Numbered from the whole stretch's first letter, positions 1 to 14,224 are shown. The stretch: DNA of 63,206 bases, filler included, from Folioceros fuciformis (GCA_049999805.1; 27 parts of 27 records of this genome joined end to end with filler, not necessarily neighbours in it), one strand, 5' to 3'. Program-made: numbers and translations. Notes: generated by a model not told the origin, from the letters alone.

Positions 1-1055
1 GTGTGTAATTAGGGCAAAAGCATCCACGTTGATGCTGGTCTCGGCCTTCGGGAAGGGCCGCTGTGTGCTTCCAAGTTCCCTGTATCCAGCTTCAGTTGTT
101 TGTTATACAAGACTTCATGCGATGGACGGAATTCCGCTTTCGAGCTTGGGGACTGTAATCGCCTCTGCTCTGCGCTGACAATCCATGTGCTTAAAGAAGG
201 GAAAAGCGGGCGCCGGCCGCCGCAACCTTGATTTATTTGGACCAATGCTTTCATTAAAATGGCGGACAGCAAGCCTCTAGACTATGTCCTTTCCTGACAT
301 GGCCAGGGCGGGGCACGGCAGAGCAGGGCAGGCGCAGTGCCAGGGCCGACCGACCAAACCTTTTGCAGCGTTACCAGTCAAGTACCGCACAGTCTTACAG
401 GCCTGCTTACAACCTTTTCTCCTTTCGAACTCATCAACATTTCTGCTCGCTTGCCTCGGATGCAGTGTCCAGTGGTACAGATATCACAAGGCACCTGCAA
501 GTGCTTTTCGTACGTCCCCACCGCCCCACCTTCTTTTCAACCAGTGCAATCGCCATACAGAGAGCCTCCGGAATGCATTATGCAAAATTCAGGTTGTTGC
601 GTGTCTTCAGCTAAAGATCAGCTGGAATTTGAATAAAGATGGATTCCTCCACTGCAACATCTGTCCGCCACATCACACGAATGGCCTGGAACACCCATTC
701 TCAACCTGGTTCGATTTTGCTAGCTAGGGCTAGGGAATCGAGTTCCAAAGCCGTGTACCTAGGACCAAAACGACACCTAGTAGGTCCCGTATCGTGAGGG
801 GCTTTGAAAAGAAGCTTCAGTCTCAAATGCAAAGAAAGGCTCTCGCACAAAAGTCTGCTGGCAACGGCAATGGAGATGGATTCATTACTCTGAAGACGAA
901 TGTTGTAGAAAAACAAATCGAACCGTATTGAACATAGCTCATTACAAAAATTGAAGTTAGTGACATCGAAAGGTATCTACCTCAACGGTAACAGGTCAGC
1001 CCCAAAATGGTAAACAACCAGACATGTAACTGTACAGTAATAGTATATACCGCCG

Positions 1056-4000
1056 CTAAGTATACGCAGCGTTCGGTTTCTTTCCAACCAGAATCCTGGA
1101 AATTTGAAGGCCCCGGCTGAAGGCCTCGTTGAACAGAATCCGAGTCTGCATAGCCTGGAAGCCCGGCAGCCAGGAAAGGAAGGCCACTGGCATCAGGACA
1201 AGCAGACCCATGCCGAATTCATACAGCCGAGCAACTGCCACCACTGTCGACCAAACTGGTGAGCCCTCCAAGTACGGATGCTTCAAGACCTGAAAAGAAT
1301 TCAAAAAACATTCAGTGAAGGCAACTCGAACCAGACAATTCATCGTCGACAACAGAAACCGAGTACCAAACATACCTGTGCAATCTGTATCAAAGCCCAA
1401 CCTGTGGGGATGAAGGCCATAAGGCTTACGATCAAATCCATCAACACAAAATGGGTGAATTTCACCATTATGATGAACACAGCAACCACACCGGCGATAA
1501 CTGTTGCTTGGATGCTTCTATACGTTCTGTGATTCTTGGCGGCATACTTATCCCGAGCCGAGGACAGAAACTTCTGGAGGGCGCCAGCAACCACTACATA
1601 TATCCAGGATACGAGATAAACAATGATGCTCGTACTTCCACCAGCGATTTTTAGCCGATATACAATACCATACTGGAAGAACAAAAACCGAAAATTCAAG
1701 ATGATCTCCAAAAGTTTAGCCCACAGCCCAGCAGTGTGCAGATGTTGATACTCTTCTTCCCACCACGTTTCCCAACTTTGATTTGCCTTCACTAGGATGC
1801 CCCCTCGGAAAAAGATCCAGTTGGTGAAGTCTTCCGCGTCATCCACAGCTTTGAGCCAATCAAAGCCAGACGGATTGAAGATGAAGGGAGCCATTATCCA
1901 TGTTATTGCCAAAAACCAGGCTGAAAAGGTCATGAGAAGGTATGACGCTGTGCTCTTGCTCACAGTTCCGTATACTTGATAGACAACCAGGAGAAGAACA
2001 AGTTCCAAACCCTTCACGAAATGACTACGCGAATACAGACGATAGTTTTCAGCAAATTTCTCATGTTTCACCACAAACCCACGCCCCGTGGCACGGTACT
2101 GCACTCAATACATCCCACAAAACATCCGTGGGCATGAGACAAGAGAATTTCAAGACAAAGTAACTCCACAGCAGAGTGAGAGACTAGCCTCACCTTCGCA
2201 CCACCATGCAAGATGGTTCGACCAAAGAAATGGGCCCTTGTTCCCATGGAAAAGGTGAAGAAGATCGATGCTAGTTGGAGCTGCATTGTTATCATCTCCC
2301 AAACGGCTCTTGTAAAACCATGCTCTAAAGAATTTTCCACAAGCATAGGAAGAGCCGTGAACAATCCAATCTGAACGACGAATTGCTGGTTAAAGGAGAC
2401 TGCCAGGGCATTACTATTGATGGTGCTCTTTGGATCATTATTGCTACCGATGATGGAAGCTTCAACTCCACTCAACGCCAAGTATACACGGCCCCAAAGA
2501 AAAGCATAGACTGTGAGAACTACAATCAGATTGTTGATGAAGAAACCAACGGTGGTAAAATAAAACGATAACATACGGAAAAAGTCCAGGCGATGACCAA
2601 GGCGATAAACATCCCGACTAAGAACTTGTTCACCATTCCCACTTGCAACTTTCGCTTCAAACAGAGCAATCTGATTCAGACCCACATCTCGACCTTTTCC
2701 AGCCTACAGTAACAAAAACAGCATATAAAATGTGAGACGAAGCTAGCGAATTTGTAAGGTGCAGATATCTAGAATGCGACAGCCAAATTAGTAGGAGAAA
2801 TGAAACGGACGACATTTGCTTTTGATCAACCTGTCGAAAATGACTTTCTGCAGACGGAGTACCTGAATGTACTCGTGGTGAGTAACATTGCCACCTCTTA
2901 AAGTGCAATTGAAACCCGCATATATGTCCTCGCTGATGTTAATAACTCTAGATGCTTTGCTGATGCCTCCGCGAGTTAAAAACCATAGACGGTCAAACAC
3001 ATCAGGGTGTCCATAATGCATCCTTACTTTCAGAGGTGTGGCAAGCACACGTTGTCCAAGAGTCACAAAACTGCTCTCTTGAGCTGACATGAACCAGGCC
3101 AAGGACGACACTGAACCTGTAAAGACATGTTCCCGCACCCCTAAGATGGTGGGTTTTCGAAGCCCATAATATGTCGTGAACTCTTGCAGCAGGTTTCTCA
3201 TCTTCAGTGCTTCCTCGAAATAATTATCCTGCAACGGCTAATCCGTTAGCAAACGGCATGGGAAACATCCACAGGAAAAACATTGACTTGTGCTAGCTGA
3301 CTGCAACTCTGATTTCATCTTTACATTCAAAACTTGCCTGATTCATGTCTATGGCTTGCACAGCATCACCCCTCGTGAAGATAATTGCATGGTTCTGATT
3401 TTCCGGCTTCCCTTCACCGATCTTCACTGGTCCAGGTAGTTGTATTCGATATATATCCACCTCTCTCTCAGCTGTAGCATCATATTTGGCCAGGACAGAG
3501 AAGTACTTATTCTCTTTGCTTCCAGGCGATGTTTCATCGACATAAGCAATTCTTAGTGGAGAAAACACTCGCATCAAGTACTGTATGTCTTCCGCAACTA
3601 CCTCCTTCTTGGCTTTTTGTAACCCGTAGATTTGGCAGGTAACAACATAAGTGAACTTCATTGCTGCGGTTGCTTGATGCCTCTGTTTTATTTTCTGCCC
3701 GTAAAACTCACTGCTAGAATGTAGCCCATGGGGACTTACACCCTCTCGCGTAAGGAAAGACGCACTTCCATGCAGATGGCTGGCCAACCCGCTTGATGTT
3801 TTGTACAGAAGATTTCGGACACGGTTTATGTCAGATTGTTCTGCTTTGTCAATGAAGGCCTGCAACTGCAATGCCCTGGATCAAGACAACCCATCTGGGG
3901 TCAGTCCGTAAGCTGCAGGACTAAGTATCTAAACTGCCAGTGCTTTTCCCGCAACCTTACTGGAAAAGAGAAAACACAACGAAAGACATGAAACATCACT

Positions 4001-7000
4001 CAGAATTTACTTTAATAGCTAAGTAATACACGTGCCCAGACCTGTCATAGTACATCATCCCACGAACTGTTCGAGCAAGAGTCTGCCCTCGATAAGAGGC
4101 CCAAAGTCTCAGAGCCAGGAGACCTTTGTCTTTGTCCCAAATCTCAGTTTCAAGTATGTTCATCTTTTCCATGCGTTCTAGAAAATGTCTCCACTCATCT
4201 GTAACAGGCGCAAAGCAGATATGCCGCCCTTAACCACAAACATTGTAGTCGATAGCCAAATCCAAGTAGTACTGCTATTAGCACACAGACCTGGATAAAT
4301 CTTCTGAAGATAGAACAAAGTAGAGACTCCGTCTTCATTTTCCTGCTGTAGCTGCTCTTTGCTGAACAGGACAGTCTCATCATAGTAGGGTGTCAAGACA
4401 CTGAAGGCCAGCATCTTCTCAACCTGCACCAGACAACTAACAAGGAGATAGTAAACGGTTTCACTCTAGCTGTCGGGACATGTGAGCTCTCAATATAAGT
4501 ACCGTGGGGGCACGAGGCATAGTCATAAAGAGCGAATTGCTGAAGAACGTGATTCTACGCCTGGCTTCCAAACTACGAGGCACATTGAGTAGTGATTCCT
4601 TCGTGCTCAAGGTCGTGTGAAGACGCCTCACTTGCCGATAGAAACCATCATCCTTGCCTGGGAGCTCTATAGCATCAACAAAGAGAGGGTTGTCTTCATT
4701 TCTTAACGGATAAAGAGTACCCTCTCCCAGCTGTTCCCAGGTACCAAGTGGAAAATCACGGACCAATCCATCATAGAGATACTGTACAGCGTCTACGACC
4801 TGCAACAGAAAAAGTTTCACTTATTCTCTTAAAGCAAGAAACAACAGAAGATTAGCCACAAAGGCTCAAAATACAAACCTTCTTGTTGTCATCCTCTGAC
4901 TCTGTTTTCTGAAATTCCATGAGGTTGCTAACCAGAGTAACAACACGAGCATGAATCTCAGGTAACTCGCTTAGCTGGAACTTTTGGGTAAAAGTCCCCG
5001 TCTTAAAAGAGTCATCTATCTCTTTAATGAGAGTGTCAATAATGCGAAACTCTAGCTCACATTGTCGATTGATGATCGTTCTCATCATTTCCTTCACACT
5101 CTCATAGACCTCTTTTTCAGCACATCTGCGATACTCGCTTTTGCATATCCTTTGCCAGAGGGTCTTGTCACTGCCCCCACGATATTCCTTGGCCTGACCA
5201 AGGGCAATGAGAATCTGCGAACACGAGGCATGACGGAAGATAAGTTTGAGACTGTACAACATGTTAGAATTACGAGATGCTGCTCCGAACATCCATGAAT
5301 CTCTTGTAGTATAAGAGACAGCAACTTACCTCGTTGGCAATAAGAATGAGTGGCCATTGCATAACCGATATTTCCCAGGTTTTGCGAGTGGGGTATTTAA
5401 CTTTCCCCCTGTCCGCTTTTTCCTCCTTTACTAATGGAATAGGCACTTCCAGCAAGGCGACTTCACTGGACATTGACAGTGAACTCAGAATACTATAGAG
5501 GAGTTGTAATGCACATCCCCTCTTCTGTTGAAGTGAGGAGATGCATGTTTTAGGTGTCGAACTTGAAGTCCGCAAACTCTGAAAAGGGCTAGCTTAGTGA
5601 GTAATATAACAAACCTGTCACTCACGAGATCCTCTTCCCTGAATATGTGAATAATTTCGTTCCAGATGTGCTCAAACTTGTTGACCTCAATGGTATCCTT
5701 GCCGATCTATGTACGGCCAGATGGATACATCAGATGCATCACAAGCCACAACACAGCCCAACTCCATCCATACCTGAATATTCAGTATTATACCTCTGCA
5801 TACGAATCCTCAGTGAGCCCATAGCGAAGGCTAAACCTCTTAAAACCCTCCTTGACCTTTGTCCAAGTCTTAGAAAACCAGCTGTAACCACAACACCGGC
5901 CACCTATCAGGATCATTATATATCGAAAAACAAATGACCAGTCACAGGAGGAAAACTGAGGTTGCCCTTTACGCTGTGGTGGAACAAGGCAATACCTGTA
6001 TTGGGAAGCGCTTTCATCTGCAATTAGCACATATTGCAGGGCCTTGGCAAAATATTGGAAACGCAATTTAAGCTGCTGATAGTTCCGGATCTGCCAAACA
6101 TTGCAGAAACCTAAAGAGTTTAATCGTGATGTAACCAAATTAGCCTCGTCTTGATGCGTAATCTCGTCAAGTCCGCACTACTGGTTGGATGTAAGTCACA
6201 GATTGTGCAAGTTTGATGCGCTAGTAAAATGGTACCTCTCCAAGATGCTGAAGTAGCCCCACTAGCGCTCCCACTAAAGAAGAATATACTGAATACCATA
6301 TTTGGATGTCCATGAAGTAAATCTGAAGCACCACGAGTCAAGCAACAGAACATATGCACAATAACTGAGGCTTCTGAATAATGAAGGGTAGTTGATGTTG
6401 CTGACATCGTTGTTGTATGCAAGACACCAATGAGAAAGCATAAAGCACTACACTCACCAACACCACCGGCGCCCACATGCCCACAACAGCAATTCGGTTA
6501 CCTGGGAATGTACAACTGCTATCAGATTGCTGTGGAAAAGCTTACATCACGGACAATACTGAGGGTTCATCAAGGCAACACGTCAAACTGCAGCAGTGGA
6601 GAAATTGTGGCCCTCCCGAGAAAGACTCTAGATTCATCGTTTGGAGAAAGCACACAGACTCGGACCGCCGGCAGGACCCTTCAACCAAAAGTGGAGGTGA
6701 TTTACACCTACCATGCCTGAAGAACTCATGCCAGGCATAGATAATGTCTATGTCAGGAAACCTCAGAAGTTCCTTAGTTGGCTCGATCATAGGTTTGATC
6801 TGGCAAAAAAGGAAATCAAACAAATTAACACGGCCTAGGAAACAGTCAAAGCTTATCACAATGGCAAACATACACAGGTCTCAATCCACACGCAGGTGAA
6901 CCTACCTGGAGGATGTAGCTGAAAGCAAATTTTGACCCAAGAATGACAATCCAGAATGCCGTATACCTGATACAGAGCACTACATCATGTGTAAGCTCAG

Positions 7001-9953
7001 TGCCAACTTCCACGTGGCACATAACCCTTACGCCAAAACAGGAAAGTGGCACCGGAATGCACGAAAAAACGATATGAACGCGAATGATGTACAACTCATC
7101 AAGCGACAGAGCCAATTCAACGAATAGGCCATCATGTCAATCACAACAAGTAACAATAACCATGCATGATGAAAGTGGACCTGATATTGTCATAAATGCC
7201 TTCTCGTAGACCTCTGCCAACATAGAGCCGGCTCTGTCACACATTGCATCAGTCATGGCTGTTTTCGAGTGAAGTCAGAATCGTAAACCTATCCAACAAA
7301 AACAATTAGAAGTTCATCTAACCTGGAACCACCAGGTGAGAAGGTCGAAAATCCTCCAGTTAGATGTGTCAAGAAAATTTTGGAACCATGGAACCACGTT
7401 GAGGAGCAACGCCAGAACCTCAGGGAAGATGAAGGCAGCAGCAGCATACAGAAAGTTGTTGAGCTTTCTGTTTGCTGCATCTGACCAGCCCTGCGCAGCA
7501 TGTCGCTGTTTCCACATCTGACTGCCATCACAAATACAGGAGTTCAGAAGTTGAGGCGACTGGAACAAAAACAGATGATGCACTAACAAAACTGCACTGT
7601 CTCTAGACTCCTAGAGGCCAAGTATTGTGCATATATATATGGAAACCGGCAAGTACCCATATAGAATTGCAAATGTCATGGTCCACGCTGTTGCCAACAA
7701 AAATTTCAAGGTCATGCGGATTCCAACCAGTCTCGTCTCCATAGTTACTAGGCTTGACTCCATCCCAGCATCAAGCAATGCTACAGGATCAACCACATTT
7801 GACAGCCTTCGTCAGGTAATTGAAGCCAAAGAACACTGCACTATGCCACCATGTCTCTTTCTGCACTTCCTGGAAGGTAGACCTTACTTTGAAGAATTCG
7901 CAGTCCTCCCCATGTTATAAAAATACTCAGAACTCGAGCCAACGAGTCTTTGTTCTTTAACTCAACCCATGGAGCAGCTCCTCCATTCCAACAGAGTAGA
8001 ACTGAAGCCTGCACATAACCCTTACATCAAGGAAAAGAAGGACAAGACACAGCTCAAGAAGTTTACGAAAACGCAACCTGCACAGGTCTGCAGGAAGAGG
8101 TAATCCATGCTGGGCCACCCCATACCTGGAAGACTAGAATCAGCAGAACCCAAACCCGATCAAAGCTGCGATAAATGTTCCAAAAGGTTCGTTGCTCCAC
8201 AAAACCTGTCTTCCCAACCCTTTGTGTTGTCATAAACTGTCAAAACCCAACCCCACTGATTTAGAACACGTAACATACTGCACCTCACACACGGAAGAAA
8301 GTAAGACTGAAACAAACAAACAGATGACAGCAAAGAGCGCAACATAAATTGCTCACTTCTAACCTTTCCCTTTGGAGGCTCCACAAGAAAATTGCTCTGC
8401 CGCTTCAGTGGCCAGCCTAGCTGTGTGAAACACCTTTTATCCCTGAAAGAGCCACTCAAGATTCAGATTTCCTGAATAAAGCCATAGGATTCGCAGTTAA
8501 ACATCCTAAGCGTTGTTGAATGTCATGTGCGGACGAAAGTCTACTGGCACACAAAGCATGGACAGAAGTTGCCGAATGGATACTTTATCTCCTCAACCTC
8601 AGCGCACTTCAATCCCACCCAACATAGCTTACAACCTACCAGAAATACTCATTCAAATCATCGTAGTTTCTCCAGGCTGAGTGGGGAGCAGTTCCATTGT
8701 TACTCGAAAGCGACTCCTGCAAGACGACATTGTTCAGCACATGAATAGAGGCAGACCACCGCTCCTGCAATTGGTACGGGACGTGGACCCTCCAGAAACA
8801 ATGTGCAACGAAACAGCCAACACTTACAGCCTGTATAATTTTGTACAGGGGCGCCACAACGTGGTTCAAAAATCCATTTGGTTCACAATATGCAGGTAAG
8901 GCAGGTTGAGAAGTGGTTTCATCAATGTTGTGCTCAATGATTCTGTTCAGCTCCCCTGCCATCTTTAGAAGTGAAGATTGAAGGTGTCAAGTCCCAGGGA
9001 GATGGTTGAAAAGGGAGGCAGCCTACAGGAATTGAGCGAGTGGTGTGTACATGATGGAAGATGAATGAGAGACACTCGGGCATGAATCGCAAGTTGGCAG
9101 CCTCCCCCCATATGAGTAGATACAAAGAAGTGTACAAAAGCTCCATTCTTTCATCCAGCGAAGCAACATCCAAGCGCTTTCCACCAGGGTTCCTGAATAG
9201 GCAAGGTTGCACAAGAAAAGGCAGTGAGAAACCTGAATGTGAGCATGGTGGTCGCCGCCAATCACGACGCGCAATATCCTGCAGCTCACCGTATGTTGCT
9301 TTCCTTATTCACAAATTTGCACCATTCCGTGTAGTTTTTGGTTATCTTCCGCCGGATTTGGGTAACGACTTCGTGTGCTAACTAATTGCACAGAAGCATC
9401 ACGAGAAATGAGGATAGCAAACTAAAAGGAGCGGCAGGCGGTCAAGGTGACGAAGTGAAACAAAGACTAACAAGTGACGGGATGACAGGCACCTTGTCAA
9501 TCGGCTCCGGCTTCATGCGCATTTGGCCGTTGGCGAGGAGAAGCACGAGATGCTCCCTCTGATTCCTGACGTTATCCTTCTGTAAGTCATTCGAGAGCGA
9601 ATGTTAGAATTAGGCGCAACAAGCAGCCAGCACGAGCATTGGATTTGCGAGCTGGACACCTGGAAACCGAAAAAGGCTCCAAGCCAGTCCAACAGGTCCA
9701 TGCCATCTTTCCATTCACCATCGGGCGGCCGCCTCAGATTCCCAACAGTCCGCATAGCTGCGGTGGCCGCTTCGACCTGCGCAGACAGAAAATTAGCAGC
9801 TGAAACCAGCACTATACAGCCAGGGAGGCACCCCGACATAAGCACCGCTCGGCTCACCTCATCGAAATCTTTGGCTGGATGGCGGGCGTTGGGACAGTCG
9901 TGCAAAGGGACAACGTTGAAGAGGCCGCCAACTTTCCGCGCGGCAGCGGCCAT
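1056..9953 (-). CDS. CalS: Callose synthase (1,3-beta-glucan synthase), CalS11/CalS12 (GSL1/GSL5) type, about 30 exons
   Basis: The spliced ORF pieces give hallmark motifs: FNVVPLHD..HP..F.EV.AA.AAMRTVG.LRRPP, DLLDWLGAFFGFQ|KDNVRNQREH, LYLLIWGEAANLRFMPEC, WRNYDDLNEYFW, EARRRITFFSNSLFM, GEGKPENQNHAIIFTRG, MHYGHPDVFDR, YRATGRGFVV and QTRILFNEAFSRGLQISRIL. ATG is at 9953 and the stop at 1056-1058. The first exons are 9953-9858, 9776-9660 and 9579-9493, with GT-AG junctions. The short N-terminus lacks a Vta1-like extension. The exon count is a manual estimate. Confidence 0.95.
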
Positions 9954-10179
9954 CTCCGTACCTCAGGCAGGCAAGGCAATCCCCTGACACCGAGGCGCAG
10001 CTGACAACCAGCTAGCGCCGTTGGAATCCTATGAGCTCACACCTCCAACCCGCACCCCGCTGCATTCCGTCCTGCACTCACCTGTGGCAAACGAGCGCCA
10101 GCGGACCAAATCAGACGCCTTCGCAATCGCCACACCCCTCTCCCGTCATCGCCTCCACGATACCAGACAATGTGACATC

Positions 10180-10251
10180 ACCAGCAGGAACGCAACCTTC
10201 CAAACCAATGCCACCAGCAGGAACGCAACCTTCCAAACCAATGCCACCAGC
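10180..10251. repeat. 33-bp tandem duplication upstream of the callose synthase start
   Basis: ACCAGCAGGAACGCAACCTTCCAAACCAATGCC occurs twice in tandem, followed by a partial third copy. Confidence 0.9.
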
Positions 10252-11154
10252 ATACGCCACTGCCAATGGCCGAGACAACCCCAAACCCAAACCCAAGCCC
10301 CGCGCAGCCCACAGCCAACTCCCACCAGCCCCTCTTCCCACCCCCATCACGCAAAGCCTCCACGTTTCTCCCAACACATGAGCGGTATTCAATATCCTAC
10401 GCACAAGAGACCACCAAGGCCATTGAACCAAATGCAGTACCAGGCAACACCAATCCAGGAGACGGGAGCTGCAGGAATCCCAGCTGATGCTCCAGCTACA
10501 GCTGCCTGCCGTTCGTGCTTCCTCCGATGGCAACTCGACCCTGGGCCTGAAGTCGGGCAGCCTCCTGTCATTCTGTCCCAAATTCAAACCAGGAGAGCGG
10601 CAGCCGCGCAACCCTACGAATTCAGAAATCGGAAAATTGAATGCATCCTGGACAAAAACGGAATCTGCAGTCTGCAGCAGCTTCAGAGTGCGAGGCAGAC
10701 TGGCAACTCCAGACATTGGAGCCGTAGCACGGCCATGGGGCCGGGGCTGCTCCAATAGGACCAGACAGGTGGCGTCTCCCAAACACAAACTTTAAAATCT
10801 TCCTTCCACTTCTTGTTAACGAATTTCGGTCTCATTAGTAGGTCAATAATTTTACAGATTATGTAAAAATTACTTCTTATTTTTTTTACTTGGAATACCA
10901 ATGCGGGTTTGGTGGGTGGTGTATGCAATCCCTTTCCTTTCCCCTTTTGTAAAGATTGAAGCCTTGCATTCCTATGTGATCTTACTTACATGCCTTTGTC
11001 TTTGCACCATGCCTGAGCATCTTATGCTAAATAAATTAGAATTTATGGAATTAAAAAGAGTAGAATATTATATTGGAAAGTGCATAAAAGCAAGAGAATA
11101 GTTTTAGGTGTTTGGTGTTATGCTATTCATTCACTCTAAGAGTTTGGAGGTACA

Positions 11155-12060
11155 TCAAAATTTTGAAAACAGAGTTCTAATTTGTTCTAAGCTTACGAAA
11201 AGAACCATTGCAAATGGCCCCTGTCTAGCAACAGTTGGAATGAAACCTTTGTACAAGGCCATAGGTCCTTCCAACCTTATTGTTTTGATTGCACAATCGA
11301 GTGCCCCTCTGTAAGGTGGAGGTTGCCCTTTTCCTACCTTCATATTCATCAACCTTGTTTTCACCACATCAATAGGGTTGGTGGTTATAGAGGCGACAAA
11401 GCCAGCTAAAAAACTTGCTGCCATGTGCATGCCAATACCATCAGCTAGGAGCTCTTTAGAAACTATCTTCTCCTTGAAGTAGTCGTATGAAGCGAGTTGA
11501 GAAGCTGTCACTAACATTGCCCTATGCACCGTAGGAGTTGAACCTGTCCAAAGTGAGGCAACACCTTCTTTTTTAATCATGCTTCCAATAGCATCTACCG
11601 CACCTTTGTAGTTTCTTCTATGTTGAGGAGGAAGTCTGCCATCTGCTTGCATCCTAACCATTGCGACATCTGCAGGATTACCAACGGTAGCTCCTATTGC
11701 TCCTGCAAATAAACCAGCGGCTACATTTTTTTGGAGAGTCACTTGACTAGCATCTGCAGGATCTGACCATTGTAGCTTGATCATGTCATATATTCCCATT
11801 CTTGTAGAAGAATAAAGAAGCTGCCTTAACATAGCTGCGGATACTCCTGAGTATAGAGCCTGGACTCCTTCTGTCTGCACTAATTTCCAAGCAACAGCAA
11901 GAGGCCCATGAGTTGCAGCCCTAGTTGCTACTCCAACTACTCCAGCAAGTGTTGCCTCTCCTTGCAATTGCATTCGCACTTTGATCAAATCCAATGGGTG
12001 AGTTACCGTAGCTGCAATCACAGAGGCTAGTCCACCCTCTACAAATCCTTTCCATCCCAT
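11155..12060 (-). CDS. DIC: Mitochondrial carrier, dicarboxylate carrier (DIC/PUMP4-5) type, 301 aa, intronless
   Basis: Starts MGWKGFVEGGLAS at ATG 12060. It has three carrier signatures (THPLDLIKVRMQ, NPADVAMVRMQADG, NPIDVVKTRLMN) and ends ALYKGFIPTVARQGPF. Confidence 0.92.
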   Translation of the reverse strand: MGWKGFVEGGLASVIAATVTHPLDLIKVRMQLQGEATLAGVVGVATRAATHGPLAVAWKLVQTEGVQALYSGVSAAMLRQLLYSSTRMGIYDMIKLQWSDPADASQVTLQKNVAAGLFAGAIGATVGNPADVAMVRMQADGRLPPQHRRNYKGAVDAIGSMIKKEGVASLWTGSTPTVHRAMLVTASQLASYDYFKEKIVSKELLADGIGMHMAASFLAGFVASITTNPIDVVKTRLMNMKVGKGQPPPYRGALDCAIKTIRLEGPMALYKGFIPTVARQGPFAMVLFVSLEQIRTLFSKF

Positions 12061-12788
12061 TGCATCTCTCAATTGCCAACAACAGCAAGCTATGGTAAGA
12101 TTTGACCTAAGAAAAACCAATAATGAGAAGCCTAGGTTTCCGCTATGTAGTACTCTAGAGGATAGATATCCTTGGTGCGCAACCAAAAGTTCTTGCACCA
12201 ATTTAAGACGCGGAGCAAGATTGTTCTAACTTCCCATGCTGTGCATGATTTATCATTAAAGATTGAAAACTTGATTATCTTTGTACAGATATCTCCAAAA
12301 CCAAGGTGATTGATCTTGTTCAATTTCCATAATCTACTCACGATCTTACCTGGGATGGTGGAGTCTGCAAAGAAAATACCACAAATTTTCTCCACAATTC
12401 CAACATGCTCTCTTAATAGGTTCCAGTTCATGAAAACTTGAGTCCACGCTACACGCAAAACAAGCACTATACAGGTTTCCAAAATAGTTTTCGTACGCGT
12501 ACAATGTGGACTGCGAAGACTGTTCAACGGCGTGGGTGCATGGGAGAAGGAGGCCATGGCCAAGCTTCTCCCACCGCAGTCGTAGATATGGAGGGCCGCT
12601 TTATTCGATACGCATGGATGGAGCAGGGCGAAGAATGGAGGGTTTGGGAACGAACTAAAGGAGCATACATAACAAATGACCTAGGTGGACACCTAACCTG
12701 ACTTTCAAAACTAAGATTTAAAAATGAGATTTTCCTGCCCATTCTTGTGGCCGGTGGCATTCGCCGCCCTTCCTCGCTTGGGGGCGCC

Positions 12789-14171
12789 ATGGCTGCCACC
12801 TCGACTCTTCTTCCAAGCAAATTGCCAGTAGGAGGAGCACGCATTTGCTGCGACCCTACACCCAAGATCACGTATTCGACGTTGTGGCGGGCTCCAGTCA
12901 GTAGCCATGTCCTGCCTGCAGCAAGTATGGGGTCTGAATTGCGAAATTATGGTTGCAATTTGGTAGGGAACTTGGGATACGGATGGTGCTTGAGCTTGAA
13001 GTTGCTCCACCGTCGTCAATTTGCTTGTAAGAGCGTTGGGAGGGCTCTCTGCATTGAGGCTCGGGCTAGGAAAGGTCGGAATGGGAGCGGAGGGAGAGGA
13101 GGGGACAGAGTCCCCAACTTGGATCCTCTGTACGCAGATGGCAGCCAGCGGGTGGAGTGTCCCGTTCCTTGGGAACAACAGCCAGTGAATGAGTATCAGG
13201 TGTTGCTGCAGTCATTTATGTTCGCTTGGGCCGCGGAGGATGTGAAGACGTTTTCCTTGAAGCTGGCTGCCATAGGTGTGGCCGTGGCGGGGCTCCTGGG
13301 ATGGCCAATCGCTGCCGTAAGCATCAGCCAAGGTGACGAGCCGTGGAAGTGTACCCTGGCAGCCATTTGTGCGGGAATTGTGGCCTCCACGTTGGTTGCA
13401 GTCAGGCTCTACATTGGTTGGTCCCATGTTGGAAATCGCCTCTTCAGCGCCACCGTCGAGTGTACGCCTCCTGTCCCGGTTGCGTGACTAACCTATGAAT
13501 CTGAATCCAGTGAGTTCACCTCGGTTGGCTACGTCCCGACCTCGGTGTGTATGCCTTACAATCAGGCGTTACTGTAGCCAACCAGAGTGTCATAGCGTGC
13601 CAAGTTCTTGATGACATTTCAGACGAAGTTCTCACCTCCAGTTCCCGCTCTACGCTTCGCTTGTGCTGCAGATGAGGAGAGTGGATGGTACGATGGAGAG
13701 GTATTTCAGCTTGAGCTCGATTTTGTGAAGCCACTCGTTTCCATCGCTCTAACACGAGGCATGCCGTGCAGGTCTGGGCGAAACCTAGGGAAGTCATTAC
13801 TCGTGATCGGCTTCTTGGAGTTCACGAGGTAAGTAGCTTGGGCAGCTATTGGCCAAACAACAGCTTCGGAGTGGAGTTGCTGCCTACCAAATCTCTCACG
13901 CACCCGTCGTGGACTGCATCAGGTGAAGCCAGTTCTGAACAGGTTAAAGGGCACGTTAACTGCTCTCGGCCTATCCCTAACAGCCTGCATCCTCCTTTTT
14001 CTGAGCGTCCACGAGTCCGCTCCGCGCTACACGGCTGATGTACTCGAAGACGAAGGCCCTGAAGTGAGCATCGGGTCCCCTTACAGCGACGCGTCTGCAC
14101 GACTATTCGAACCGGAGGCATTCGGCAACGAGGATCAGCCATTCTCAAGCCTCCCTGATTACTGTCGTTGA
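12789..14171 (+). CDS. CGLD27: Plastid-targeted DUF1230/Ycf36-family protein (CGLD27-like), 4 exons
   Basis: Motifs ECPVPWEQQPVNEYQ, RLYIGWSHVGNRLFSATVE|YEESGWYDGE|VWAKP..RDRLLG.HE|VKPVLNRLK. Exons are 12789-13461, 13672-13700, 13772-13828 and 13923-14171, all with GT-AG junctions. The N-terminus resembles a transit peptide. Confidence 0.88.
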
Positions 14172-14224
14172 AAGGTTCAAGATGTTACTGGCAGGCGCAC
14201 CTCTCTTCATTATTAATCGATTTC

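Noticed and set aside
10021..10795. Long overlapping ORFs (245 aa and 225 aa) upstream of callose synthase
   Set aside because: They are low-complexity, repeat-driven frames in a probable 5' UTR or intron region, with no recognisable domain.
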